Below are positions 42,263-51,219 of a stretch of 64,000 bases of DNA, in pieces (position 1 is the stretch's first letter; each line of letters begins with the position of its first letter). The translations under genes were made by a program, and so were the position numbers. A model generated the notes under the pieces. It had not been told where the DNA came from. It saw only the letters and a list, made by a program, of their open reading frames with translations, and did no database searches. Source of the stretch: an uncultured Acidobacteriota bacterium (GTDB lineage: Bacteria > Acidobacteriota > Vicinamibacteria > Vicinamibacterales > CAVVIG01); contig CAWCFI010000003.1 of assembly GCA_963794705.1 (NCBI GenBank), forward strand, positions 859,187-923,186. Reading direction: 5' to 3'.

Positions 42263-43382
42263 CTAAGCGCCGCGATTCGCCTTCGTCGTCGCGCTGATCT
42301 GCAGATCGAAGCCGTTCGGCGTCGTGGTGTGGTAGCTCTGGTACGACGCGGTGTGGATGTCGCCCCTGCCGCCGGTATCTTCGCGCGCGGTCAGCCCGCG
42401 TTTCTCGAGCTCGCCTTTCACCTGATCGGGATCGAACGGCGTGATGCCGAACGAAATGTGGCCCATCGCCGCCCGCCGCGCCGGCGGCGTCGTGGGCGGC
42501 GCCGCGCCGCGGTTGCCGCCGCCGCCACGCCGGATGATGATGTCGCCGATGTCGCCGATCTCGCACTGATTCTGGCTGCCCTCGTCGGTGCCCGGCTTCC
42601 AGCCGAGCAGCGCGTGGTAGAACGCGGCGGTCTCCTTGTAGTTCGAGACCTCGAACGAGATGTGATCGAGCCACACGGTCTTCCACGCCGTGGTCGCGTG
42701 AACGGCGCCGGCGCCGACGTCTTGCCGGTCGCGGCTCCCTGACGCCGGTTCTTCCGGTTGCCGTTGCTGATCTGCAGGTCGAACCCGTCCGGATCCTTCA
42801 CGTGGAAGCTCTGGAAATCCTTGCCCTGGTTGTCGGCGACTGGCGTCAGCCCGCGCTTGCGCAGTTCCGCTTCGACGTTCTTCGCGTCCCACGGCTCGAT
42901 GCCCCAGCAGAAGCCGTCGAACGCCGCGAGGCGCGGGAGCGCGCGGCGCGCCGCCGCGACCGCCGCCACGGCCGGCCCGCGGCCGCGTCGGCCACCGGCG
43001 CGGCGGAGGCGGCGCCTCATAGCCGCCGCGGATCACGAGACCACCCCAGTCGCCGATGTCGAGCACCGCCTGCTTGCCGTCGTCGCTCCTGATCTTCCAG
43101 TTCATCAGCGCGGCGTAATAGGCCGCCTCCTTCGGAGTAGTCCACGGCCTGGCAGGAGAAGTGGTCGAGCAGCACCGTGTTCCACCCGGTCGCCTCGAAC
43201 GGCAGCTTGGCCGGCGTGGGATCGCACTCCGGGCTGCCGGCGCGCGCGCCGCCGCACTGGCCCTGCGCCAGCGCCGACACGGGACGAATGGCGACCGCAA
43301 GGCCGAGCGCCTGCAGCAATTGCCGGCGTGACAGCCGTCCGCCATCGAACTCGTTGAAGAGCCTCGAGAGATCGCTACTCAT
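42263..43382 (-). pseudogene. Tat-exported two-domain VOC (glyoxalase/bleomycin-resistance/dioxygenase-fold) protein, paralogue of the upstream gene; three frameshifts as sequenced
   Basis: MSSDLSRLFNEFDGGRLSRRQLLQALGLAVA.. is followed through ORFs 43017..43637, 42263..43345 and 42418..43020 and back. It aligns by eye with the 43379 gene (GWNTVLLDHFS.., PWDAKNVEAELRKRGLTPVADNQGKDFQSFHVKDPDGFDLQISNG, AWKTVWLDHISF). Confidence 0.75.
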
Positions 43383-44509
43383 CGGATGTCCCCCTGTTTG
43401 CCAACGGTCGGCTTCGGCTTGACCGCGTTGGGCAGCGCCAGCCGGTTGTCGTGCGTGACGTAACTGATTTGCAGGTTGAAGCCATTCGGCGTGGCGGTGT
43501 GATAGCTCTTGAACGCCGCGGTGTGAATCTCGTCGGGCACGTAGGTGCCGTCGGGCCCGAGATGCCGGCTGGAGGTGTCGATTTGCGCGCGCAGCCCGCG
43601 CTTCTCGAGCTCCGCCTTCACGCCGTCGGTATCCCACGGCGCGATCCCGAACGAGATGTGATCGATGCGCGCACGGTTACCGCCGCCCTTGCCGAAGTTG
43701 GGATCGAGCGGGTTGCCGCCGCGAATGATGATGTCGCCCACCTCGCCCATCAGCAGCTCGTTCTGGCTGCCTTCGTCGTAGGTCGGCGTCCATCCCAACA
43801 GGTTCATGTAGAACGACGCGCTCTTCTTGTAGTTCGCCGCGTTGAACGAGAAGTGGTCGAGCCACACGGTCTTCCACCCGGTTGCTGCGAACGGCGCGGG
43901 TTCGGACAGTTTCGCGTTCGCCGGTCCCGTCTTGCGGCTCTTCACCAGGCCGCTGCCGTTGCTGATCTGCACATCCCAGCCGTCCGGATCCTTGACGTGG
44001 AAGCTCTCGAATCCGTGGCCGTCGTTGTCGGCGACAGGAGTCAGCCCCCGCTCGCGAAGCGCCGCTTCGACCTTCGCGGCGTTCCATGGATCGATGGCAA
44101 ACGCGAACGACTCGACCGTCACCGTTACCGGGCCGCCGCGGCCGCGACCGCCGTCGCCGGCCGTGGCGTCGAAGGCGCCTGGTGCAGCCTGCTTGAAGAT
44201 CGCCGATCCCCAGGGGCCCATGTCCAGCACGGCCTGCCTGCCATCGTCGCTTCGCAGCGTCCACCCCATGAGCGCGATGTAGAAGGCCGCTTCCTTCTTG
44301 TAGTCGGCGGCCTGAAAGGTGATGTGGTCGAGACCAACGGTCTTCCAGCCGGTCGGCGCGAAAATCGGTGCGATATCGGTGGTGTTGCAGGCCGGCGAGC
44401 CGAAAGTCAGCATGCAGCGACCTTGGGCGACGGACGATCGCGGCGTCAGCACCGCCAGCAGCGCCGTGGCGGCCAGCGTCTGCACCGCGCGTCGTGACAT
44501 CAGAGTCAT
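43379..44509 (-). CDS. Tat-exported two-domain VOC (glyoxalase/dioxygenase-fold) family protein
   Basis: MSRRAVQTLAATALLAVL signal. Two repeats are of the type GWKTVxLDHxxF..Y..LLGW..G..HFHVKDPDGxxxQIS. The ATGA overlaps the downstream paralogue. Confidence 0.75.
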   Translation of the reverse strand: MTLMSRRAVQTLAATALLAVLTPRSSVAQGRCMLTFGSPACNTTDIAPIFAPTGWKTVGLDHITFQAADYKKEAAFYIALMGWTLRSDDGRQAVLDMGPWGSAIFKQAAPGAFDATAGDGGRGRGGPVTVTVESFAFAIDPWNAAKVEAALRERGLTPVADNDGHGFESFHVKDPDGWDVQISNGSGLVKSRKTGPANAKLSEPAPFAATGWKTVWLDHFSFNAANYKKSASFYMNLLGWTPTYDEGSQNELLMGEVGDIIIRGGNPLDPNFGKGGGNRARIDHISFGIAPWDTDGVKAELEKRGLRAQIDTSSRHLGPDGTYVPDEIHTAAFKSYHTATPNGFNLQISYVTHDNRLALPNAVKPKPTVGKQGDIR

Positions 44510-44537
44510 GGAATGGCTCCTCTCGTGCGCGTGCGAA

Positions 44538-45254
44538 TCAACGACGGCGGCCGCCGCCCTGCAGGCGAAGCAGCATCAGGAACAGGTTGACGAAGTCGAG
44601 ATACAGCGCCAGCGCGCCGACGATGGCATAGGAGCCGGTCTCGCCCGCCGAGGTCATGAGCGCCATCGCCTTGAGCCGCTGTGCGTCGTAGGCGGCCAGC
44701 CCCGTGAACACGATCACGCCGATGAAGCTGATCACGAACTGCAGGGCGTCGCTGTGCCAGAACATTCCCACGATCGATGCGATGACAACGCCGATGAGCC
44801 CCATGAAGAGGAATTGGCTCCAGCCCGCGAGGCTGCGCTTCGCCACCGTCCCGTAGAGCGCCATCGATCCGAACATCCCGGCGGTCACGACGAAGGTGGA
44901 CGTGAGCGTCTGGCCGGTGTAGACGAGCATCACGAACGACAGCGTGACGCCCGTGAGCACGGAGTAGCCGATGAACAACAGCGAGGCGGTGGACGCCGAC
45001 AGGCGCTGCACGCGGGAGGACAAATAAAAGACGATGCCCAGCTGAGCCGCGAACAGCCCGAAGTACAGCAGCTGGTTCTGCGCGATCATCCGCAGTAACG
45101 ACGGGGATGAGGCGACCATCCAGGCCGTGGCCGCCGTGATCGCCAGGCCCGCGCACATCCATCCGTAGGCCGCGCGAAGAAAGGCGGCAATGCGATCGGC
45201 GCTCGCGGCCGTAGCAGGAAACGCGGAACCGTGCGCGATGTCGATGTCAGCCAT
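44538..45254 (-). CDS. Bax inhibitor-1/YccA family membrane protein
   Basis: Seven-TM pattern with the family C-terminus (AIVGALALYLDFVNLFLMLLRL). GAGGAG SD. Confidence 0.85.
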   Translation of the reverse strand: MADIDIAHGSAFPATAASADRIAAFLRAAYGWMCAGLAITAATAWMVASSPSLLRMIAQNQLLYFGLFAAQLGIVFYLSSRVQRLSASTASLLFIGYSVLTGVTLSFVMLVYTGQTLTSTFVVTAGMFGSMALYGTVAKRSLAGWSQFLFMGLIGVVIASIVGMFWHSDALQFVISFIGVIVFTGLAAYDAQRLKAMALMTSAGETGSYAIVGALALYLDFVNLFLMLLRLQGGGRRR

Positions 45255-45364
45255 GGAGTTGCTCCTCAGCGCTAACGATAACGCATTCCCGCGCCGGCAA
45301 GGAGTCTCCGAACGTCACCGAGGCCGCGGCCCCGCCGCGGTGGTCTGGATATCGCCGGGGCGAA

Positions 45365-47386
45365 TCACGGTTGAAACCGGACGCTTTGCCACAGCGCCGC
45401 CGCCTCGTAGACGCGGCCGCCGCTGATCGTCCAGCGCACGCGGCGGATGTTGCGGATCGCATCGAGCGGGTTGGCGTCGAGCACCACCAGGTCGGCACGT
45501 TTGCCGCGCTCGATGGTGCCGAGTTCCCCATCCATCTTCATGGCCCGCGCCGACACGATGGTCGCGGCCTGGAGCGCCTCCATCGGCGTCATCCCGGCCT
45601 CGACGTAGAGCTCGATCTCGCGATGGACGCTGTGGCCCGGAATGCCTTCGTCGGTTCCGGCGACGATCGGGACGCCGGCGTCGTGCAGCGCCTTGACGAT
45701 CCGCAGACCACGCTCGAGGCGCGTTCGCGCGGTCGCGGCATCGATTCCGGCCGCGCCGGCATTCGAGAACACCCGGTTGAGCGGCGCCGGAATCTTCAGC
45801 ACGCCCGGTTGAAACGCCGCAATCGGCGTCCCCACTGCGTGACCGAGCAGCTCGTTCCACGATTGCGTCGGATCCAGCACCGTGTGGTGCGCTTTCAGGA
45901 ATGCAATCGTCGCGTTCACGTCGTCGGAGCCCGCCTCGCCGCGAATGCCCAGGTGCGCGATGTGATCCATTCCGGCGGCGGCGGCCTGCTCGATCGTCAT
46001 GCCGGTGGGAATGTGGCCGGTGACGGTCATGCCCAGGCGATGCGCTTCGGCGCAGATCGCCTCGACAATCGGCGGCGTGACCAGGCTATAAATCTTGATC
46101 TGCTGAAAGCCGGCGTCGTGATACTTCGCCACCGCCTGTTTCGCTTCCGCCGGCGTCGCCGCGTAGTACACCCCGAACGCGTTGGGGCCGCCGCCGTCGA
46201 TCAGGCCGGCCGCGAGCATGCGAGGACCGACGGCGCGCCCGGACATGATCGCGTCTCGCAGCGGCACGAGGAACTCGAACTCGTTCCCCATGTCGCGCAC
46301 CGTCGTCACGCCGGCGCCAAGGTAGACCGGCGCCCACTCGACCTGGGTGACGTGGGTGTGCATGTCCCAGAGCCCCGGGACCACGGTCTTGCCGTCCACC
46401 GCAACGGACGGCAGATCCGGCGGAATGGCGACGGACGAGCGCGGCCCGGCGTCGGCAATCCGCCCGTCGCGGACCACGATCACGCCGTTCGCGATCGGCG
46501 GACGGCCGGTGCCGTCGACGATGGTCGCGCCGACCAGGGCATAGCTGCCGCTGTGGAGCGGCGCCACGCGCCGGGTAATCGCTTCGAGATCCGTGATGCG
46601 GTCGCGCGTCCCCCGCTGGACGAACTCGACCAGCGCCGGCTCGAGATCCTCGCGCACCGCTTCGAAGCTCAGCCCGCCGGCGCGGGTGATCGCCGCGGCC
46701 AGGACGTCGTGATCGTCGAGCCACACCGTCTCGCGCCCCCAGACCACGCCGTCGATCGCGTAGCGCTGGAGCCGCACCTCCGTCGATCCGATCCGGATCA
46801 CGTCGGCGCCACGCGCCTCAATCCACACGTCGTTGGTGGGCAATCCCGGCACCGTGTGGATGAGGGGCGGCTGACCATGCCGCTTCCAGTAACGCAGCAG
46901 CAGCATCTGCGCCGCGAACGGCGCGTAGCCGTCGACGGTGTAGAACGGCCCCGGCACCGCGATTCGCGATTCGGTGCCGTCGGCCCTCACGATCGCGTCA
47001 GCACCATCAATCCGGACCTCGGAGTCGACGTTGACGAAGCGGTAGCTCTTGCCGCTGGCTTTGAACGACAGCGGCGTGAAGTCCGGCCTCGTGCGCAGCG
47101 TGGCGGCAAGCTGGACGCGCCCGCCGCGATCGGTGAAGTCGAAGTCCGAAGTCAGCGTCAGCGCGTCACCGTCGGGGACAATCTGGTAACGCTCGTAGCC
47201 GATCGCCTTCTGCACGTAGTGGAGCCGCAGGGTGCCGCGCTCCGTCGGCTGCGGCTGCAGCAGGACGCTCCCTGCGCCGCCTGGAAGAAGTCCGGCCGCG
47301 CCTGCGTTGGTCGGAAGCCGGACCATCGTGGATAGCAACGCCGCCGCGGCGGTCGTGACGAGAATCAGTCGCACGGCGCGCATCAT
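45365..47386 (-). CDS. amidohydrolase family protein with large N-terminal beta-rich domain (exported)
   Basis: C-terminal half shows GLWDMHTHV..GVTTVRDMG..VTGHIP..MDHIAHL..VAGTDEG and KRADLVVLDANPL. Signal MMRAVRLILVTTAAAALL. Confidence 0.8.
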   Translation of the reverse strand: MMRAVRLILVTTAAAALLSTMVRLPTNAGAAGLLPGGAGSVLLQPQPTERGTLRLHYVQKAIGYERYQIVPDGDALTLTSDFDFTDRGGRVQLAATLRTRPDFTPLSFKASGKSYRFVNVDSEVRIDGADAIVRADGTESRIAVPGPFYTVDGYAPFAAQMLLLRYWKRHGQPPLIHTVPGLPTNDVWIEARGADVIRIGSTEVRLQRYAIDGVVWGRETVWLDDHDVLAAAITRAGGLSFEAVREDLEPALVEFVQRGTRDRITDLEAITRRVAPLHSGSYALVGATIVDGTGRPPIANGVIVVRDGRIADAGPRSSVAIPPDLPSVAVDGKTVVPGLWDMHTHVTQVEWAPVYLGAGVTTVRDMGNEFEFLVPLRDAIMSGRAVGPRMLAAGLIDGGGPNAFGVYYAATPAEAKQAVAKYHDAGFQQIKIYSLVTPPIVEAICAEAHRLGMTVTGHIPTGMTIEQAAAAGMDHIAHLGIRGEAGSDDVNATIAFLKAHHTVLDPTQSWNELLGHAVGTPIAAFQPGVLKIPAPLNRVFSNAGAAGIDAATARTRLERGLRIVKALHDAGVPIVAGTDEGIPGHSVHREIELYVEAGMTPMEALQAATIVSARAMKMDGELGTIERGKRADLVVLDANPLDAIRNIRRVRWTISGGRVYEAAALWQSVRFQP

Positions 47387-47394
47387 CGCACACT

Positions 47395-48039
47395 ATGATG
47401 AGCGCCATGCCCTACCCGGTGTCGACGGCCATCGAGCCGCAGTTGGGGGAGCGCAACCGCCTGACCACGGCATTGCGGCTGGTGCTGGCGATTCCGCACC
47501 TGATTCTGGTGGGCGGCGTCGGCGTCGGGTTCGCGGCCAACAGCAGCCGCCGCGATCTGCTCTCGTTCGGGGGTGAGACCGGGCTGCTCGGCAGTATCGC
47601 CTTCCTCCTGGCCATCGTCAGCTGGTTCACCATCGTCATCACGAGCGAGCACTACACGCCGATCCGTCGCTATACGGGCTACTACCTGCGCTGGCGGGTA
47701 CGCGCGTTGGCCTATCTGATGTTGCTGACCGACGTCTACCCGCCGTTCGGAGACGGGCCCTACCCCACCACACTGACGCTCGAAGCGCCGACCGGGCCAC
47801 GCGATCGCGTGAGCGTCGGGCTGAGGCTGATCATCGCCATCCCGCATTTCATCGTGTTGTTCTTCGTGTTGTGCGCCTGGTGGGTGACGACGGTCGTCTC
47901 GTGGTTCGCGATTCTGATTGGCGGACGCTACCCGCCAGCCCTGTACGACTTCGGCGTCGGCGCGCTGCGATGGCTGATCCGGGTGGAAGCGTTCGTGCTC
48001 CTGCTGGTGGACGAGTACCCGCCCTTCGCACTGACCTGA
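47395..48039 (+). CDS. DUF4389 domain-containing membrane protein
   Basis: Duplicated motif LRLVLAIPHLILV / LRLIIAIPHFIVL and C-terminal GRYPPALYDFGVGALRWLIRVEAFVLLLVDEYPPF. Alternative start ATG 47407 is preceded by TATGAT (47394-47399) and 7 nt. Confidence 0.75.
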   Translation: MMSAMPYPVSTAIEPQLGERNRLTTALRLVLAIPHLILVGGVGVGFAANSSRRDLLSFGGETGLLGSIAFLLAIVSWFTIVITSEHYTPIRRYTGYYLRWRVRALAYLMLLTDVYPPFGDGPYPTTLTLEAPTGPRDRVSVGLRLIIAIPHFIVLFFVLCAWWVTTVVSWFAILIGGRYPPALYDFGVGALRWLIRVEAFVLLLVDEYPPFALT

Positions 48040-48083
48040 CAACCACAGGGGCGGTGCATCTCGTCTAACCGGCGAGGGACTTT

Positions 48084-50525
48084 GTGTCGACATTTTTCCA
48101 AGATCTTCGCTTTGCGCTCCGCGGTCTGGCCAAGCAGCGGGGCTTCACGCTCGTCGCGCTGCTGACCCTGGCGCTGGGAATCGGCGCCAACACCGCCATC
48201 TTCGGCATCGTCAACGCCGTGCTGCTGAGGCCCCTGCCTTACCAAAATCCCGATCGGGTGGTGCTGCTGTGGAGTCACTGGATCAACTGGTCGAAGACAT
48301 GGGTGTCGCAGGGCGAGCTGGTCGACTATCGGGAGCAGTCCCGGTCGCTGGAGCACGTCGCTGCCTTCAGCGCGACCTCGTTCAATCTGACCGGCGGCGG
48401 CGATCCCATGCGGGTCCGGGCCGCGCAAGTGCAGCCGGAGATCTTCGCGGCGCTCGGCGCGCAGCCGATTGCCGGGCGCGTGTTCTCCGCGGCCGAAGAT
48501 GAGCCCGGGCACGAGCATGTGGTGATGCTCACGGAAGGCCTGTGGCGGACCCAGTTCGGATCGGATCCCTCGATTGTCGGACGCGCCATTCAGCTCGACG
48601 CCGAGCCCTACACCGTCGTCGGCGTGCTGCCGGCGTCATTGCGGCTGCCGCTCGACTACGCGAGCCGGACCTTTACCCAGATCTGGGTACCGCTCGCGCT
48701 CGGCCCGAACGACCCGCAGCAGCGCGGCAATCACGGTCTGAATGCGCTCGGGCGCCTGCGCGCCGGTGTGCCGCTGGCGCGGGCGCAGGCCGAAATCGAC
48801 ACCATCACCAGAGGCTTTCAGCAGAAATATCCGAACAACTACGACCGGGAATTCGGCCTCACGCTGGTCACCGCCCCGCACGAGGTGTTCGGCGACGTCC
48901 GTCCTGCGCTGCTCGTGCTGCTGATGGCCGTCGGCGCGGTGCTGCTCATCGCCTGTGCCAACGTCGCCAACCTGCTGCTCGCGCGATCGGAGGCTCGTCA
49001 GAAGGAGCTCGCCATCCGGGTCGTGCTCGGTGCCGGCCGCGGCCGCATCGTCCGCCAGTTGTTGACGGAGTCGATGGTGCTGTCGTCGCTCGGTGGCGCC
49101 GCCGGTGTGGCGCTCGCCTACGGATTGACCCGCGGGCTGATCGCGCTGGACCCGCTGAAGATCCCGCGCGTGCAGGACATCGCGATCGACGGCAGAGTGC
49201 TCGCGTTCACCGGCGCGATCGCCCTCGTCACCGGCATCCTGTTCGGCATCGTGCCGGCGATCCAGTCGTCTCGCGCGGATTTGCAGCCGGTGTTGAAAGA
49301 AGGCGGGCGCGACTCTCGCGTGGCCACGGGATGGCTGCGCCGCATCCTGGTCGTGGGCGAGGTGGCCGCCTCTGTCGTGCTCGTGGCTGCCGCTCTATTA
49401 CTGGCGCGCAGCTTCGCGCGGCTGCTCGACGTCGATGCGGGCTTCAATCCAGCCCACGTGCTGACGCTGCGCACCTCGCTCCCGCCAACCACCTACACCA
49501 GCGGTGCCGCAACGGTTCGCGCCTATGTGGAGGTGGGACGCCGGTTGCGCGAGTCCCCGGGCGTTCAGTCGGCAGGCGGCGTGACCGGTCTGCCGCTGGC
49601 GACGACGCGGGGCGATTGGGGCGTTCGCATCGAAGGCCAGCCCGCGCCGACCGCTCAGACCAACACCGCCGCGGACTGGCAGGTAATCACCCCCGGGTAT
49701 TTCGAGGCGATCGGCACGCCGCTGAAGGCGGGACGCGCAATCACCGACGCTGATGCCGCGGACACGTTGCCGGTGATCGTCGTCAACGAGACGATGGCGA
49801 AGAAATACTGGCCGGGTGTCAGCCCTGTCGGCCGCCGGATGATGATGGGCGGCAACGGCGTGTGGCTCACCGTCGTCGGCGTCGTCGCGGACGTGCACCA
49901 TCGCGGGCTGGATGTGCTGCCGCGGCCAGAGATGTATCGACCGCACACCCAGTTCCGCTACGGCAACACCTCCGCGCCGGCCGTCAGCTCGCTCACCTGG
50001 GTGCTGCGCACGGCGGCCGATCCGCTGGCAGCCACCGGGCACGCGCGCGCCGCGATCCATGCCGTGGACCCGAGCCTCGGCATCTCCGACGTGGCGACGA
50101 TGGAACAGGTGATGTCGGACTCGACGTCCGACCGGCGGCTCAACCTGCTGCTGTTCGCGCTGCTCGGCGGGCTGGCGCTCGCGCTGGCAACGGTCGGCGT
50201 CTACGGCGTCGTCGCCTACTCGGTAACGCAGCGCACGCACGAGATCGGCGTGCGGATGGCGATCGGCGCCAGGCCGGGCGATGTCGTGCGCATGGTGCTC
50301 GGCGAAGGGGGACGGCTCGCGCTGGCGGGCGTCGCGGTGGGATCGGTGGTGGCGATGGCCGGCGCGCGGCTGATCCGCGGCCTGCTGTTCGAAGTCAGCG
50401 CCAGCGATCCGTTGACCTTCGCGGGTGTCGCCGTCGGGCTGCTGGGCGTGGCGCTCCTCGCAAGCTACATCCCGGCGCGCCGGGCCACCCGCGTCGATCC
50501 GATGATTGCGCTCCGCGGCGAGTGA
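48084..50525 (+). CDS. ADOP-family MacB/FtsX-type ABC permease (intact)
   Basis: [53 protein letters not shown], two FtsX halves, C-terminus ..[13 protein letters not shown]. Confidence 0.9.
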   Translation: MSTFFQDLRFALRGLAKQRGFTLVALLTLALGIGANTAIFGIVNAVLLRPLPYQNPDRVVLLWSHWINWSKTWVSQGELVDYREQSRSLEHVAAFSATSFNLTGGGDPMRVRAAQVQPEIFAALGAQPIAGRVFSAAEDEPGHEHVVMLTEGLWRTQFGSDPSIVGRAIQLDAEPYTVVGVLPASLRLPLDYASRTFTQIWVPLALGPNDPQQRGNHGLNALGRLRAGVPLARAQAEIDTITRGFQQKYPNNYDREFGLTLVTAPHEVFGDVRPALLVLLMAVGAVLLIACANVANLLLARSEARQKELAIRVVLGAGRGRIVRQLLTESMVLSSLGGAAGVALAYGLTRGLIALDPLKIPRVQDIAIDGRVLAFTGAIALVTGILFGIVPAIQSSRADLQPVLKEGGRDSRVATGWLRRILVVGEVAASVVLVAAALLLARSFARLLDVDAGFNPAHVLTLRTSLPPTTYTSGAATVRAYVEVGRRLRESPGVQSAGGVTGLPLATTRGDWGVRIEGQPAPTAQTNTAADWQVITPGYFEAIGTPLKAGRAITDADAADTLPVIVVNETMAKKYWPGVSPVGRRMMMGGNGVWLTVVGVVADVHHRGLDVLPRPEMYRPHTQFRYGNTSAPAVSSLTWVLRTAADPLAATGHARAAIHAVDPSLGISDVATMEQVMSDSTSDRRLNLLLFALLGGLALALATVGVYGVVAYSVTQRTHEIGVRMAIGARPGDVVRMVLGEGGRLALAGVAVGSVVAMAGARLIRGLLFEVSASDPLTFAGVAVGLLGVALLASYIPARRATRVDPMIALRGE

Positions 50526-50542
50526 ACCTGGGGGCTCGGGGC

Positions 50543-51214
50543 TTATTTGAGCGAAACGCCCGCGGCGATGATCAGCAGTGTCTGGCGGGGCGTCGCCGGA
50601 AAAATGTACGCGAAGCCTGGACTGATCGCGTAGAAGCGGACGTCGAAGCTGAAGGCGAGATGCGGCTTGATGAACCATCGCCCGCCGCCGCCGTAGTTGA
50701 GCGTTTTCAAGCGGTCGCTGTTGGGCGGATACTCGCCCAGATCGTCCGGCGCCAGGAACCATATCGTCTGCCCGAGGCCGGCGCTCAGGTAGCTCCAGCC
50801 AGAGCCGTTGCCGAAGTTCAGCGAGAGCTGTGGCGAGAACGAGGTGATCCGCTCTTCGGTCGGACGAAGGGGCGTCCCGTCCGGCGCCGCGGCGCCGGGC
50901 AACGGCGTCTGGCTCGACCGGGCCATGGCGAGCTCCCCGCCCAGGCCAACCGTCACCACACGGGTATGCAGCGGATAGAAGTGCACGCCGATCTGCAGGC
51001 CCAGGCCCGTACCCGGCAGCTCCGCCAGACTCTGGAGACCGCGGCTGTCGGCGAGCGCCTGGTCGTCGTTGTGAAAACGCGCGACCGAGCCATGCAGATC
51101 GACCACGACCCATGGAATCGGCGGCGGCGGATCCTGCGCGGAGGCCGGACGAGCGAGCGAGACGAGGACCACGACCAGAACTGCCGCGAAGGCGCGCATG
51201 TAGACGCGAGACAT
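50543..51214 (-). CDS. putative outer-membrane beta-barrel protein
   Basis: Signal MSRVYMRAFAAVLVVVLVSLARPASA, alternating-hydrophobicity strands and Gly/aromatic-rich turns. It starts 6 nt after the upstream stop. Confidence 0.5.
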   Translation of the reverse strand: MSRVYMRAFAAVLVVVLVSLARPASAQDPPPPIPWVVVDLHGSVARFHNDDQALADSRGLQSLAELPGTGLGLQIGVHFYPLHTRVVTVGLGGELAMARSSQTPLPGAAAPDGTPLRPTEERITSFSPQLSLNFGNGSGWSYLSAGLGQTIWFLAPDDLGEYPPNSDRLKTLNYGGGGRWFIKPHLAFSFDVRFYAISPGFAYIFPATPRQTLLIIAAGVSLK

Positions 51215-51219
51215 TGTAC

